Assembly: GCA_033764135.1 (NCBI GenBank)
Contig: JANRJE010000008.1
Coordinates: 25,395 to 89,394 of the forward strand
Source of the DNA: Gemmatimonadales bacterium
GTDB lineage: Bacteria > Gemmatimonadota > Gemmatimonadetes > Gemmatimonadales > GWC2-71-9
Reading direction: 5' to 3'
DNA: 64,000 bases
Below, in pieces: positions 29,500-38,758 of this stretch (position 1 is its first letter; each line of letters begins with the position of its first letter). The notes beneath the pieces were generated by a model. The model had not been told where the DNA came from. It made no database searches and was given only the letters and a program-made list of their open reading frames with translations. The translations under genes were made by a program, and so were the position numbers.

Positions 29500-30678
29500 T
29501 TACTGCGGTTGACGGGACGCCCACTCGACGTCCACCAGGTGAAGGACGACGCGGGTATCGGGAATCCGGTTGGCGCCCCGGCTCATGAAGCTTTCATGCG
29601 CCCCGAATGAGGCGAGCAGGGTTGGTTGTTGGATCGGTCCGTTGGCGGTCCGGCCGACGACCACATCCGGCCCCCAACCGAGGGTGAAGCCATTGCCCCC
29701 TGAGGCCTTGGTGACTGGGCCGTAGCGCGCTACCAGGGACTTGCGGACAGTCTCACCATCCATCGACGGGAAGAGTCGCTCGATGCGGATCGCTCGCACG
29801 ATCTGCTTGTCATCGTGCCAAGCGGTGAGACAGACGGCCCCCGGCTTGGCTTCGGGGCGGCCAGGCAATGACATGCACCCCATCGAGTTGACCCGGACCA
29901 CCCCGGTCATTCCGGGTGGGGGATTCTCTCCCGGACCGCCGCGCTCCACCGGGCCGTAGAGTCGTTCGAGTGTGGCGGAAAGATCGGCCACTGAAACGCC
30001 GACCCGGAAGCCGGCCACATCCAGGCCACTCGGATCGAACGGCGCCGCAGCCACTGCCGGCGTCACGCTGGGTGTGGCGATGACTCGTCCCTCGCGATCG
30101 GTGACTTTGGCGCTCACCAGTTCCGCCCGGATCACCCGGGCCCCGGTGACACCGCCCGTTGGATCACCGCCACCGATGATCCGGAACTGCACCTCCGTGA
30201 TCACGTTGCGATAGATCGCGTTGAGCCGCTGATCAAACGCACGGGCTTCTTCCTTGGCCATCGGGATCGGTCGCGCCGCCTCCGCATTCGCGAACACCAC
30301 CTGGTACTGCTCGCCGAAGGCGGTGATCGGAATGAAGTATCCCGGTTGGAACAGGGTGATCGAGAACTCGCCGAGGTCGTGGTCATACTCCGAGATCCGG
30401 TCGCTGATCTGCATCTGGAAGAGCTCGTTGGCGTTGGCCGCGGCGAGCATCGCCTCGACGCGACTCACTTCAGAGGCCAGCACATCGGGTCGGTCGAAGT
30501 TGGAGGCCCGCCGGACGGCGTCGCTCCGCTCGGCCACCCGCTGGACGTCGAGTGGCTGATCGGTGAGGCGATGCCAAGTCAAGGCGATTCGAACGGCATC
30601 AGGGTCGTCCTGTTGCGCGACGAGCGGGACAGGCAAGCAGCCGATCGCGGCCGCCAGGAGGCAGTGGAGCGGCTTCAC
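29500..30678 (-). CDS. Exported hypothetical protein (DUF4852-like N-terminal domain)
   Basis: Signal peptide; NFDR..ISEYD...GEFSI segment; second domain begins DVAGFRVG; GTGA overlap with the upstream lipoprotein gene. Confidence 0.7.
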   Translation of the reverse strand: MKPLHCLLAAAIGCLPVPLVAQQDDPDAVRIALTWHRLTDQPLDVQRVAERSDAVRRASNFDRPDVLASEVSRVEAMLAAANANELFQMQISDRISEYDHDLGEFSITLFQPGYFIPITAFGEQYQVVFANAEAARPIPMAKEEARAFDQRLNAIYRNVITEVQFRIIGGGDPTGGVTGARVIRAELVSAKVTDREGRVIATPSVTPAVAAAPFDPSGLDVAGFRVGVSVADLSATLERLYGPVERGGPGENPPPGMTGVVRVNSMGCMSLPGRPEAKPGAVCLTAWHDDKQIVRAIRIERLFPSMDGETVRKSLVARYGPVTKASGGNGFTLGWGPDVVVGRTANGPIQQPTLLASFGAHESFMSRGANRIPDTRVVLHLVDVEWASRQPQ

Positions 30679-31097
30679 TTGGTCTCCTCTTGACGCAGAG
30701 CGACGGTTTCTCCGGTCGAAAAGGTGAGCTGCAGCAGGTCACCCTCGGGTACCAGTGTCGCGGTGAGACCGCCGCCAAGGGTGAGCAGACGGTTGCCGAC
30801 GGTGTCCCGCGAGGCACGGAGCCGGGTCATCCCGGCGAAAGCGTTGTCGCCGTCGATCACCACCCTATGGAGACCATGGAGGTAGGCCAGCATGGCGCCG
30901 GGCGCGGTGGATCGGTCATCGGCGCGATCGATGGTCCATACCGCACCGGCGCTGGCGGGCGCCCGGGCCGTGGGGGGGGAGTCGCCAGGGCCGTCGGCAC
31001 CGCCGCAGGCCCAGGCGAGGAGCAGCAGGGAGGCAATGGTCCATCGGCGGATCGAGGGGATCCGCGGCACAACGCCAGGGCTGGTGGACAACTTCAT
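30675..31097 (-). CDS. Hypothetical lipoprotein
   Basis: Lipobox LLLLAWA-C; Pro/Ala linker; small beta domain. Confidence 0.72.
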   Translation of the reverse strand: MKLSTSPGVVPRIPSIRRWTIASLLLLAWACGGADGPGDSPPTARAPASAGAVWTIDRADDRSTAPGAMLAYLHGLHRVVIDGDNAFAGMTRLRASRDTVGNRLLTLGGGLTATLVPEGDLLQLTFSTGETVALRQEETK

Positions 31098-31182
31098 GGA
31101 TGACCGCCGGAAAAGGGAATCAGGTTTGCTGATCCCCCTTGCGTCACCGGTCAGGAAATCCCGTCATTGGGTGAACGGTGAA
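30993..31182. repeat. 190-bp direct repeat, copy A (lipoprotein 5' end plus upstream region)
   Basis: Ungapped match to 33219-33408 (offset 2226); 12 mismatches by hand count. Confidence 0.95.
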
Positions 31183-31275
31183 GCCGTGAAAGGTGAAAGG
31201 TGAAAGGGATGATCACGCCAACCACGATCCCGTTTCACCTTTCACGTTTCCCCCGTTCACCGTTCACCGTTCACC
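31171..31275. repeat. Heptamer inverted-repeat element
   Basis: GTGAACGGTGAAGCCGTGAAAGGTGAAAGGTGAAAGG ... TTTCACCTTTCAC...GTTCACCGTTCACCGTTCACC. Confidence 0.85.
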
Positions 31276-31281
31276 ACCTCT

Positions 31282-31318
31282 CCCCTCACCATCCGCCGCA
31301 CCTCGTCACGCGCCGCCT
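31282..31318 (-). pseudogene. Orphan copy of the 3' end of gene 34813-35463
   Basis: CCCCTCACCATCCGCCGCACCTC identical to 34847-34869; reads AARDEVRRMVRGE against AAREEVRRMVRGE. Confidence 0.8.
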
Positions 31319-31366
31319 CCAGGGCAGACTCCTTCGCCAGCGACAGACTCGCCGCCGGAGTCGTGA

Positions 31367-33145
31367 CTATTCGCGCCCGACCTTTCCTTTGGCGAGCATT
31401 GCCTCGATCCCGTTCTCAGGACCCGGGGTCACCCGAACCCGCTTGAACCCCTCGAACGTCTGGACAATGAAGGTCAACACGCCGTCGGCGCCCATCTCCC
31501 AATTGCCCTTGTCGGTGAGTGGCCCGCGTCCCTGGCCGTCAAATTCGAAGACCACATTGCCGTCGAGAAACACCTGCATGTCCTCGTTGTTCGGCGCCAT
31601 GGCGAGCCAGAAAAGATGCTTCGCGTCGGGCGTGAAGGTGGGCAGCTCGATCCGCGGGGTGGTACCGTGCGCCACAGAGCGGTTCCCCACAAAGAGGGCG
31701 AACTGGCCGGTGTACTGGGTGCCGGGGTAGCCGTAGTGCATCGTGGTCTTCGAGTCAGGGCTCCAGATGTACTGGACCGCGAGGCCCTTCTGGACCTGCC
31801 CGAAGGCTACCGATGTGCTGGACGCCTGCGGCTTGTGGTCTACCATGACGGTCCCAGAGGTGGCACCCGGTGCCGTGACGGCGTACGCCGTCCGAAGCCC
31901 GTCGGGGCTGAAGCGAAACTCGTCCGACCACATCCGGGCGGGCGGCGGAGTGACCTTGCCGTCCACCACCACGACGGTCGCCCCGTTGAGCGACGCCACG
32001 TAGCCCACCCGGCCGCCCTTCCCCAGCGCGATCGGGAAGGAGCTCCGCGGGTAGCCGTCGGATTCCTGGTCCCCGGTGATCACGAATGTCTTTGCGCCGG
32101 CGCCGACGGTATAGACCGGCGTGCCGGTGTCGGTCCAGAGCAAACTGTCGACCGCCTCGTACTCGCGCTGCTTGACACCGTCCACGATCAGGTAGTTCGG
32201 CACGCCGGGAAGCCCGTACTTCGCGGCCCAGTGCTTCCCGTCTGCGCTGAACTGAATCGGCGAGATGTACTGGCCGTCACTCTCCGGCACCTTCACTCCC
32301 CCGGTGTGGAGGAAGGTGACCCCATCGGGGCGGCTCACCTTGATCACGGCCAATGATCCGACCGGAGCGGTGAAGACCTCAGTCTTGAAGGCGCGGACAA
32401 TCGGGCGGCCGTCGAGCAGCAGCTCGGTCACCTGGGGGCCCACTCGGGGAATGGTGATCTTCTGGGTGTAGAGATGGAGCCCGTCGCCGGTGAAGACCGG
32501 GGTGAAGCCGAGGGTGGGCGCCGGCTTCCCGTCCACAATGAGCACCTTCTGGTTGGGGTTGGCAGGGTTGGTCACCGTGTAGGCATAGTGCTCGCCGTCC
32601 GCGCTGACCACGATGTCGTTCTCGGCGCCGACCGGACCCGAGACCCCATCCCAGATCAGCCGGGGCGGATCGGCGAGCGGGTTCCCTTCATTCGGGTTGT
32701 TGTAGTGGAAGAACCAGTGCCTGCTGTTCGGAGTGAATCCGATGCCAATCCCGGCGCCCCGGAGGAGGGTCTCGTTGCTGCCGATCGGGCGGCGGAGCGC
32801 TTCCTTGCCGTCGATCACGATCACCCATTCCTGGCCCTGGCGCCCAGCGTACCCGAACCGGGTGCCGTCCGGGCTGAAGCTGATCCGGCCACCGCCACCA
32901 CTGCTGATGATCTGGTCGAAGAGGGGGCCTGGGACGCCGTCATGGAGCACCACCCAGCGAGTGCCCTTCTGGGTGAAGGCGACGAGATGGGCGCCCTGGG
33001 GGCTGATACTGTAGGCCATGTCCTGCTCGTTGGGGGCAACGACCTGCGCGTCGACCTTGGCCCGCTGAGCGTGGGCTGGGCAGGGCGCCATTATCAGGCC
33101 GATGGTCAGGACAGAGTAAAATCGGGGCGAGCTGGGTGGGCACAT
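31367..33145 (-). CDS. Exported beta-propeller (WD40/PD40-like) repeat protein
   Basis: Signal peptide ending AHA-Q; repeated FSPDG/SADG..H..Y and VVDGK blades; GGAG RBS. Confidence 0.82.
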   Translation of the reverse strand: MCPPSSPRFYSVLTIGLIMAPCPAHAQRAKVDAQVVAPNEQDMAYSISPQGAHLVAFTQKGTRWVVLHDGVPGPLFDQIISSGGGGRISFSPDGTRFGYAGRQGQEWVIVIDGKEALRRPIGSNETLLRGAGIGIGFTPNSRHWFFHYNNPNEGNPLADPPRLIWDGVSGPVGAENDIVVSADGEHYAYTVTNPANPNQKVLIVDGKPAPTLGFTPVFTGDGLHLYTQKITIPRVGPQVTELLLDGRPIVRAFKTEVFTAPVGSLAVIKVSRPDGVTFLHTGGVKVPESDGQYISPIQFSADGKHWAAKYGLPGVPNYLIVDGVKQREYEAVDSLLWTDTGTPVYTVGAGAKTFVITGDQESDGYPRSSFPIALGKGGRVGYVASLNGATVVVVDGKVTPPPARMWSDEFRFSPDGLRTAYAVTAPGATSGTVMVDHKPQASSTSVAFGQVQKGLAVQYIWSPDSKTTMHYGYPGTQYTGQFALFVGNRSVAHGTTPRIELPTFTPDAKHLFWLAMAPNNEDMQVFLDGNVVFEFDGQGRGPLTDKGNWEMGADGVLTFIVQTFEGFKRVRVTPGPENGIEAMLAKGKVGRE

Positions 33146-33218
33146 GGCGGCGTCTCCACTGTGGTTGGTTTACAACCCTCTTGCGAAAGTCACAGGCGAA
33201 TCAACTCGCCGGGAGGAG

Positions 33219-33323
33219 GTCGGCACCGGTGCTGGCCAAGGCGAGGAGCAGCAGGGAGGCAAGGGTTCATCGGCGGATCGAGGGGATCCGAGGCACAACG
33301 CCAGGGCTGGCGGACAGCTTCAT
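33219..33323 (-). pseudogene. Dead 5' fragment of the lipoprotein gene
   Basis: ATG at 33323, MKLSASPGVVPRIPSIRR then TGG->TGA at 33267-33269; lipobox Cys codon changed to Ser. Confidence 0.8.
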
Positions 33324-33408
33324 GGATGACCGCCGGAAAAGGGAATCAGGTTTGCTGGTCACCCTTGCGTCACCCGTCAGGAAATCCCGTCATTGGGTGA
33401 ACGGTGAA
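33219..33408. repeat. 190-bp direct repeat, copy B
   Basis: Matches 30993-31182; ends in (GTGAACG)x4 extending to about 33424. Confidence 0.95.
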
Positions 33409-33508
33409 CGGTGAACGGTGAACGGGGGCTCCGCGCAACTCTGCATGGGACTCGACTCATTCGAGGACCCGCTCGTCCAGGGGGCGCCGTTAATTTCCTG
33501 TTCTCGCG

Positions 33509-34711
33509 ATGGTTGTGCGGCAGTCCAACCTGCCGCTGGACTCAAATGGAGGCGTCACCCTGGTGATCCCAGTTCCACAGCTTCCGGATGACTGTGTCGC
33601 GTGCGGGACCGTATTCCGACCGAACACTGACCTCGCATCCATGCCCCGCGGCCGTCGCGTGGCATGGGACCTCACCGGTGACCGGACCTGGCGCATCTGC
33701 ACGGGCTGCGGGCACTGGAACCTGCTCGGCAATGAGGCAGGGACGATCCTCGCGGGGGAGTTGGCGTCCCGACTCCCTGGGCGGGCGACCGACGGGGTGA
33801 CCTACGAGCTCGTGGGATCAGTCGAGGTCGTGGTGATGGCGGAGACGACGTCGGGGAGTGTCGGCACCCGAAGCGTGATTACGGCGAGAAAGATTGCGCG
33901 TTGGATGCTTCACCCCCTCACGAAGGTGGCGTCGAGTCCGATTGCGATCATCGCACCCATCATCGTGCTCAGCAACCTCGGCAGCGCCTTTCGGCCACTG
34001 GCAGTTTTCCATGACATCGCCACCATCGGGGTTGGCCTCATGCTCGGCGGTCACCTTGCACGTCGCCTGCTGCTGAAGGCGAAATGGAATCGTCCCGTGA
34101 TCGCCGGATTCGGTCTGTTCGCGGTCACGTTGGTGGTGCTGACGCCCCTCCTCACACGACCTTGGCAGACGCCGATATTCACTGCGTCCCAGCTTGCAGT
34201 GGCCACGATCTTCGCGTTGCTCGCCCAGCTGTTCGGACCGCCATTCATTCCTGTTGTGGTCGGCGGGAAGTCGCGCACCTTGACGTCATTTGCCGCACGC
34301 AACGCGGAATTGGTGCTCAGTCCGGATGGCGCCGAGATTGCCGTCCGTTCGTTGGGCCGTCGGGGCGACATTGCAATACAGGGCGCTGCGGCCGAGCGGG
34401 CGTTGATCTGGATTCTCGTGATGGGGCGGCGGGAGCCAAGTCTGGACGACTTCGAGGGAGGCTGGCTCCTGGCACGCCGGCATGGATCATCAGCCGCGTT
34501 GCTCAGGGAATTGCTCGCCACGCGCCCTGATGGATGGGATGCGGTGCCAGTCCAGGAGATCCCCGCCGCGTGGCGCGCGGCTTTCTCCATCACGATCACC
34601 GAGTCACAGGGCGATGCGAAGGCGCGCGAGAGGCTCCTCGCCCGCATTCGGGAGGCAAGTGATGTGGCGGCGATTGCAGCGCGACTGGATACGGACGAGG
34701 AGAAGCCGTGA
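33509..34711 (+). CDS. Membrane protein with N-terminal Cys4 zinc-ribbon-like domain
   Basis: CVACG...RRVAWD...RTWRICTGCGHWNL, about 4 TM helices, helical C-terminus; codon usage looks less GC3-biased than neighbours. Confidence 0.72.
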   Translation: MVVRQSNLPLDSNGGVTLVIPVPQLPDDCVACGTVFRPNTDLASMPRGRRVAWDLTGDRTWRICTGCGHWNLLGNEAGTILAGELASRLPGRATDGVTYELVGSVEVVVMAETTSGSVGTRSVITARKIARWMLHPLTKVASSPIAIIAPIIVLSNLGSAFRPLAVFHDIATIGVGLMLGGHLARRLLLKAKWNRPVIAGFGLFAVTLVVLTPLLTRPWQTPIFTASQLAVATIFALLAQLFGPPFIPVVVGGKSRTLTSFAARNAELVLSPDGAEIAVRSLGRRGDIAIQGAAAERALIWILVMGRREPSLDDFEGGWLLARRHGSSAALLRELLATRPDGWDAVPVQEIPAAWRAAFSITITESQGDAKARERLLARIREASDVAAIAARLDTDEEKP

Positions 34712-34846
34712 AAGGTGAGTGGTCTCCGGGGCACGCAACTCGACGCTGGCCCAAGTGACCCGAGGAGACCCCGCCGCCGCTCCGCGGGGCGGGGATGGCC
34801 CCGTTTCCCCTTTCACTTTTTCCCCTGTTCACCGTTCACCGCTTCA
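34702..34846. repeat. Degenerate heptamer element, right-hand part of copy B
   Basis: GAAGCCGTGAAAGGTGA (same as 31180-31196) and CCGTTTCCCCTTTCAC...GTTCACCGTTCACC (similar to 31230-31270). Confidence 0.8.
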
Positions 34847-35463
34847 CCCCTCACCATCCGCCGCACCTCCTCCCGCGCGGCCTTACCGGCCGGCGCCTTC
34901 GGGTGCAACTGCGCGAAGCGGAGCAGCTCGTCTTTGAGCGCCTCCTGATTGCCGCTCTTTCGGTGCAGGTCAATCAGCGCATTGGTGATCCGTGACTGCT
35001 CGGCCGGTGTCGGCCGGGCAGATCGAGCTGCGTGGTAGGCCGCTCTGGCACCGGCATCATCGCGCAGGTGGGTAGTGAGGAGGTCGCCCAGGCGAATGTG
35101 CGGGTCGGCCTCGGTCAGCGAGGTAGCCGCGATTTCCCGGTAACGATCTGCCGCCTCCGGGAAGTTGCCGCGGGCGACCAGTGCCTCGATCTCCGAGTGC
35201 TGCCTGGTGTACGAGTCGCCACCGGTCGCGGAGATACCACCGATTAGTCGCTGTGATGCGCCAGCGATCACCGGCCAGAGCAGACGACCGAGCAGGGCCG
35301 GTCCGACCAGTGCCGCCACGATGAGCACCAGCGTCGGTGCGTGGGGGTACGCCAGCCGGCCGAACAGGTAGGCCGGGATGAAACCATACGCCACCAACGT
35401 CCCGGAGAAGCGGACCTGCTCTCCCTGATCACCGGTGTCCACATCGCGCAGCCTGCGAGCCAT
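34813..35463 (-). CDS. Membrane-anchored TPR-like protein
   Basis: Two N-terminal TM helices then TPR-like helices (ALVARGNFPEAADRY); abuts the metalloprotease stop. Confidence 0.72.
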   Translation of the reverse strand: MARRLRDVDTGDQGEQVRFSGTLVAYGFIPAYLFGRLAYPHAPTLVLIVAALVGPALLGRLLWPVIAGASQRLIGGISATGGDSYTRQHSEIEALVARGNFPEAADRYREIAATSLTEADPHIRLGDLLTTHLRDDAGARAAYHAARSARPTPAEQSRITNALIDLHRKSGNQEALKDELLRFAQLHPKAPAGKAAREEVRRMVRGEAVNGEQGKK

Positions 35464-37875
35464 TCAGTGATCGCCGAACGGGTCGAACGGCGGCAGCGGC
35501 AGGGCCGGCGTCGGGGCGGGGAGTTCCCGCCGCTCGAGCCATCGGGTGATGTCCCGCTGGATGCCACGCCGATGGGCGACAACTGCCGGATCGGTATTCC
35601 CTGGCAGCGCCGCTCCAGCTCGTCGACCGATCTCGTCCAGTTTCCACTCCACGATGTCCCGCACCTGTTGATCGGCGTTCCGGTCGGCGGCCAGCTCCAG
35701 CAGCCGGTCGACCACAGCTCGCGCTGCAATCCGCCGAAGCGTGGCCCGGTAGGGCGACTCGTCTCCCCCCCCCCAGGTCGCGGCCACCAGCCGGTCGATC
35801 ACCTGCTCCACCGTGAGTGCCGAGGCATCGCGTGCGGCCATCGCCACCAATCGGGCCAGTCGTTCGCGCTGAAGGATGTTGTCGACGGTGTGCTGGGCCA
35901 GTGAGCGCGCAGCGCCGAGCTCGTCGAACATCGGCGTGGTCCGGGAGCGAAATCCCTCAACCGGATCGGCCAGCGCACCCGGAATTGGGGGCAGCAAGCG
36001 GATCACCGTATCGGGGAGCGCCAGCACCGCCGGGTCGAGGGTCGCGATCAACTGCTCCAGCGCGGCCCGCTGTGCGGTGGGGGGGATCGGTCGTACTGCG
36101 GTCTGGCCATCGCCCGAGACGGCGTAGTGGTATTCGAGCCCACCGATCGCCTTGGCCACGCTCGTCACGGCAAAGCGGTGCCAATGGTAGAGAGGGGCGA
36201 GCCGCTCCTCGAGCAGGGCGATCGGCTCCCCCAAGCGCAGGTTGCGGAGGCCGAAGCGTGACAGTGCCACGCGACGGACATCGAGCTGGTCGCGGAGGAA
36301 CGCCGCCGGGGTGGCGCCGTCATCCCACAGATTGGTACGCGGATCGGCCGCGGAGGCCGGGCGGGCATCGCCATCGGATAGAAAGAGGTAGCCGCGGGCC
36401 AGTCCTTCCTTGACGATCGCCGCGAGCGTGTCCGCTTCCTGCGCCGCGGGCCAGACGCCGTAACCCCAACGTATGGCCCAGACGTCGAACTCACCCGGAC
36501 CACTGGCATATGAATCGGAGAGATCGATCTCGCCGTTCAGCACTCGGGCACGCGGGGCGGGATAGTCCATCACCGACGCGCGATCGCGGGTGGAGGCGAT
36601 GTAGTTGTGGGCCAGCCCGAGGGTGTGGCCGATCTCGTGAGCCGTGACTTGGCGGATCCGGGCCAGGATCATCGCGGTGTCGGCCGGCGCGGAATTGGCG
36701 CCGAGCAGCGCGGCGACGATGTTCTGGTCGGTGCGGGCACGGTGCGAATCCATCCGTGCCATCCCCTTGAGCATCTCGCCGGTGCGCGGATCGCTGAGCG
36801 CGCCGCCGATGCTCCAACCGCGTTCGTTGCGATTCACCCACTGGACCACGTTGTAGCGGATGTCCATCGGATCGGCGTCGGCGGGGAGCCATTCCACCCG
36901 GAACCCGCCGACCAGTCCGGCCTGATCGAAGGCCGCTTCCCACCACTTGGCACCTTCCCAGGTGGCGCTCTTGACCGGCTCGGGGATTCCGGGATCGATG
37001 TAATAGACTATCGGTGCGATCCACGGCGAGCGCGGATCGGAAGGGTCTCGCCGCTGGAGGCGGTGGCGGTTGATCACCCGCTGCTGCAACCGTCCGTCGA
37101 GCGGCTGGAAATAATCCTGCCAGGTGATCCCGAAATAACCGGTGCGCGGATCCCAGGTGCGCGGGCGGTAGTCGTCATCGGGAAGTGCCAGGAGGGTGAG
37201 ATGTTGACGCAGCAGGAAGGTGCCGCGGTCGGGGAGAATCGTCCCGGTGATTCGCCCGCCGCTGCTCGAGCTGAAGGCCAGTTCAATATCGAGCTCGGTG
37301 TTGCGGGGAAACGCCTTGGTGAGCGGAGCGTGGAGCCGCGAGCGGTCCTTGGCCACCTGCCAGCTTCCTTCCTGGCTCCGCTGCAGGGTTCCGGCAATAT
37401 CGTTCCAGTCGTGGAACAGCAACTCGCCGGCGTCCACCGTCACCCGACCGTCCGATTCCGCAGTGATCGGCAGCGCCAGCACAGGCGACTCGGCGAACGA
37501 TTCGCGGATGGTCCGGAGGTGGGCCGAATCGCCGCTGCTCCGGTAACGCCAGTTCTCGAACACCATCCGCATGCTGGCGCCGGTGCGCTCGAAGCGGACC
37601 ACCTGGGTCATCCCGTTGGCACCGCGATCGAGGCCGATCGGGTTGGAGCCGAGCCCGGTTGCCAGGGTTACCAGGAAGAGGGCGCGCTGACCGGTATCGG
37701 GAAGCTCCAGCCAGACCTTGCCCGTGGCAGTGTCGTGGAGCACCGGAATGAAGCCGGGCTGGCGAACGAAGGACTTGGCGGCCTCGGCGATTGCGAGACG
37801 TTGCTGGGCCGACAGCGATGGGGCCGGGGCAGGGGCGAGGGCCGCGACGAACAGCAGCAGGAGAGCACGATGCAT
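35464..37875 (-). CDS. Secreted zinc-dependent metalloprotease (DUF5117/DUF4953, EcxA-like metzincin)
   Basis: HEIGHTLGLAHN, Met-turn SVMDY, PIVYYID, DPRTGE; signal peptide from ATG 37875. Confidence 0.9.
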   Translation of the reverse strand: MHRALLLLFVAALAPAPAPSLSAQQRLAIAEAAKSFVRQPGFIPVLHDTATGKVWLELPDTGQRALFLVTLATGLGSNPIGLDRGANGMTQVVRFERTGASMRMVFENWRYRSSGDSAHLRTIRESFAESPVLALPITAESDGRVTVDAGELLFHDWNDIAGTLQRSQEGSWQVAKDRSRLHAPLTKAFPRNTELDIELAFSSSSGGRITGTILPDRGTFLLRQHLTLLALPDDDYRPRTWDPRTGYFGITWQDYFQPLDGRLQQRVINRHRLQRRDPSDPRSPWIAPIVYYIDPGIPEPVKSATWEGAKWWEAAFDQAGLVGGFRVEWLPADADPMDIRYNVVQWVNRNERGWSIGGALSDPRTGEMLKGMARMDSHRARTDQNIVAALLGANSAPADTAMILARIRQVTAHEIGHTLGLAHNYIASTRDRASVMDYPAPRARVLNGEIDLSDSYASGPGEFDVWAIRWGYGVWPAAQEADTLAAIVKEGLARGYLFLSDGDARPASAADPRTNLWDDGATPAAFLRDQLDVRRVALSRFGLRNLRLGEPIALLEERLAPLYHWHRFAVTSVAKAIGGLEYHYAVSGDGQTAVRPIPPTAQRAALEQLIATLDPAVLALPDTVIRLLPPIPGALADPVEGFRSRTTPMFDELGAARSLAQHTVDNILQRERLARLVAMAARDASALTVEQVIDRLVAATWGGGDESPYRATLRRIAARAVVDRLLELAADRNADQQVRDIVEWKLDEIGRRAGAALPGNTDPAVVAHRRGIQRDITRWLERRELPAPTPALPLPPFDPFGDH

Positions 37876-38005
37876 CGGCAGATCCATGTTGAGTGGGATG
37901 ACTGGGAATATGGTGGTGATGGGGGGCAAGGGAAGGGGGGGAGGATATGACAACCATCCGGATCCGGATGGAGAGGTAGTTTCGTTGGGGAGTCGGGTGC
38001 CTTGA

Positions 38006-38758
38006 ATGACGGAGCCAGCAGTGACCGACCTAAAACAGCACTGGGAGAGCGTGTACGGCAGGAACGAGCCGACCGCGGTGAGCTGGTTTCAGCCCGAGGC
38101 GAAGCTGTCGTTGGAGCTCATTCGATCATGGGTGCCCGATCGAGACGAGCCGATTCTCGATGTCGGTGGCGGAGCATCGACCCTGGTCGACGACCTGCTG
38201 GCGGACGGCTATCGGCGGGTAACGGTGGTGGAACTGGCGGCGGCGGCGCTGGCGGTGACGCGGGCGCGACTCGGCGAGCGGGCCGCGGGCGCCGTCTCAC
38301 TGATCGAGGCGGACGTGCTGACGGCCGAGTTGCCGGCCGGATCGGTGGGGTGTTGGCATGACCGGGCAGTTTTCCACTTCCTGACCGATCCGGCGGATCA
38401 AGATCGTTGCCTGGCGCAGGTGCGCCGGATCGTTCGCCCCGGCGGGGCAGTGCTGATCGCCACCTTCGCGGCCGACGGACCGACCCGGTGCAGCGGGCTG
38501 CCGGTGGCGCGGTACTCGCCCGAGGAGCTGCAGGCGGTTTTCGGCCCGGGGTTCGAGCTCCTCGACACTCGCCGGGAAGTGCAAACCACGCCGACCGGTG
38601 CCACTCAGGCGTTTACCTACGCGCTGTTCCGGTGGAGCGGGGCGAGGGGGGGCGTTCACCGAATGGTCGTGATCCGGGGCGACTGGCTGGGGAGTAGTTC
38701 CTTCATTGCGGTGGGAACGGGAAGTAGTCCCCGATCACCAACGTCACGAACCCGATGA
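38006..38758 (+). CDS. Class I SAM-dependent methyltransferase
   Basis: HWESVY, VSWFQ, ILDVGGGASTLVDDL, WHDRAVFHFL, GPTRCSGLPV; atypical C-terminal extension. Confidence 0.88.
   Translation: MTEPAVTDLKQHWESVYGRNEPTAVSWFQPEAKLSLELIRSWVPDRDEPILDVGGGASTLVDDLLADGYRRVTVVELAAAALAVTRARLGERAAGAVSLIEADVLTAELPAGSVGCWHDRAVFHFLTDPADQDRCLAQVRRIVRPGGAVLIATFAADGPTRCSGLPVARYSPEELQAVFGPGFELLDTRREVQTTPTGATQAFTYALFRWSGARGGVHRMVVIRGDWLGSSSFIAVGTGSSPRSPTSRTR

Noticed and set aside
31171-31275. Repeat arrays as a possible CRISPR
   Set aside because: Units are 7-mers in tandem or inverted orientation with no unique spacers of about 30-40 nt, and there are no cas genes
33425-34800. Integron attC sites around the inserted single genes
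   Set aside because: No RYYYAAC...GTTRRRY core pairs found flanking 15605-16048, 24867-25049 or 33509-34711
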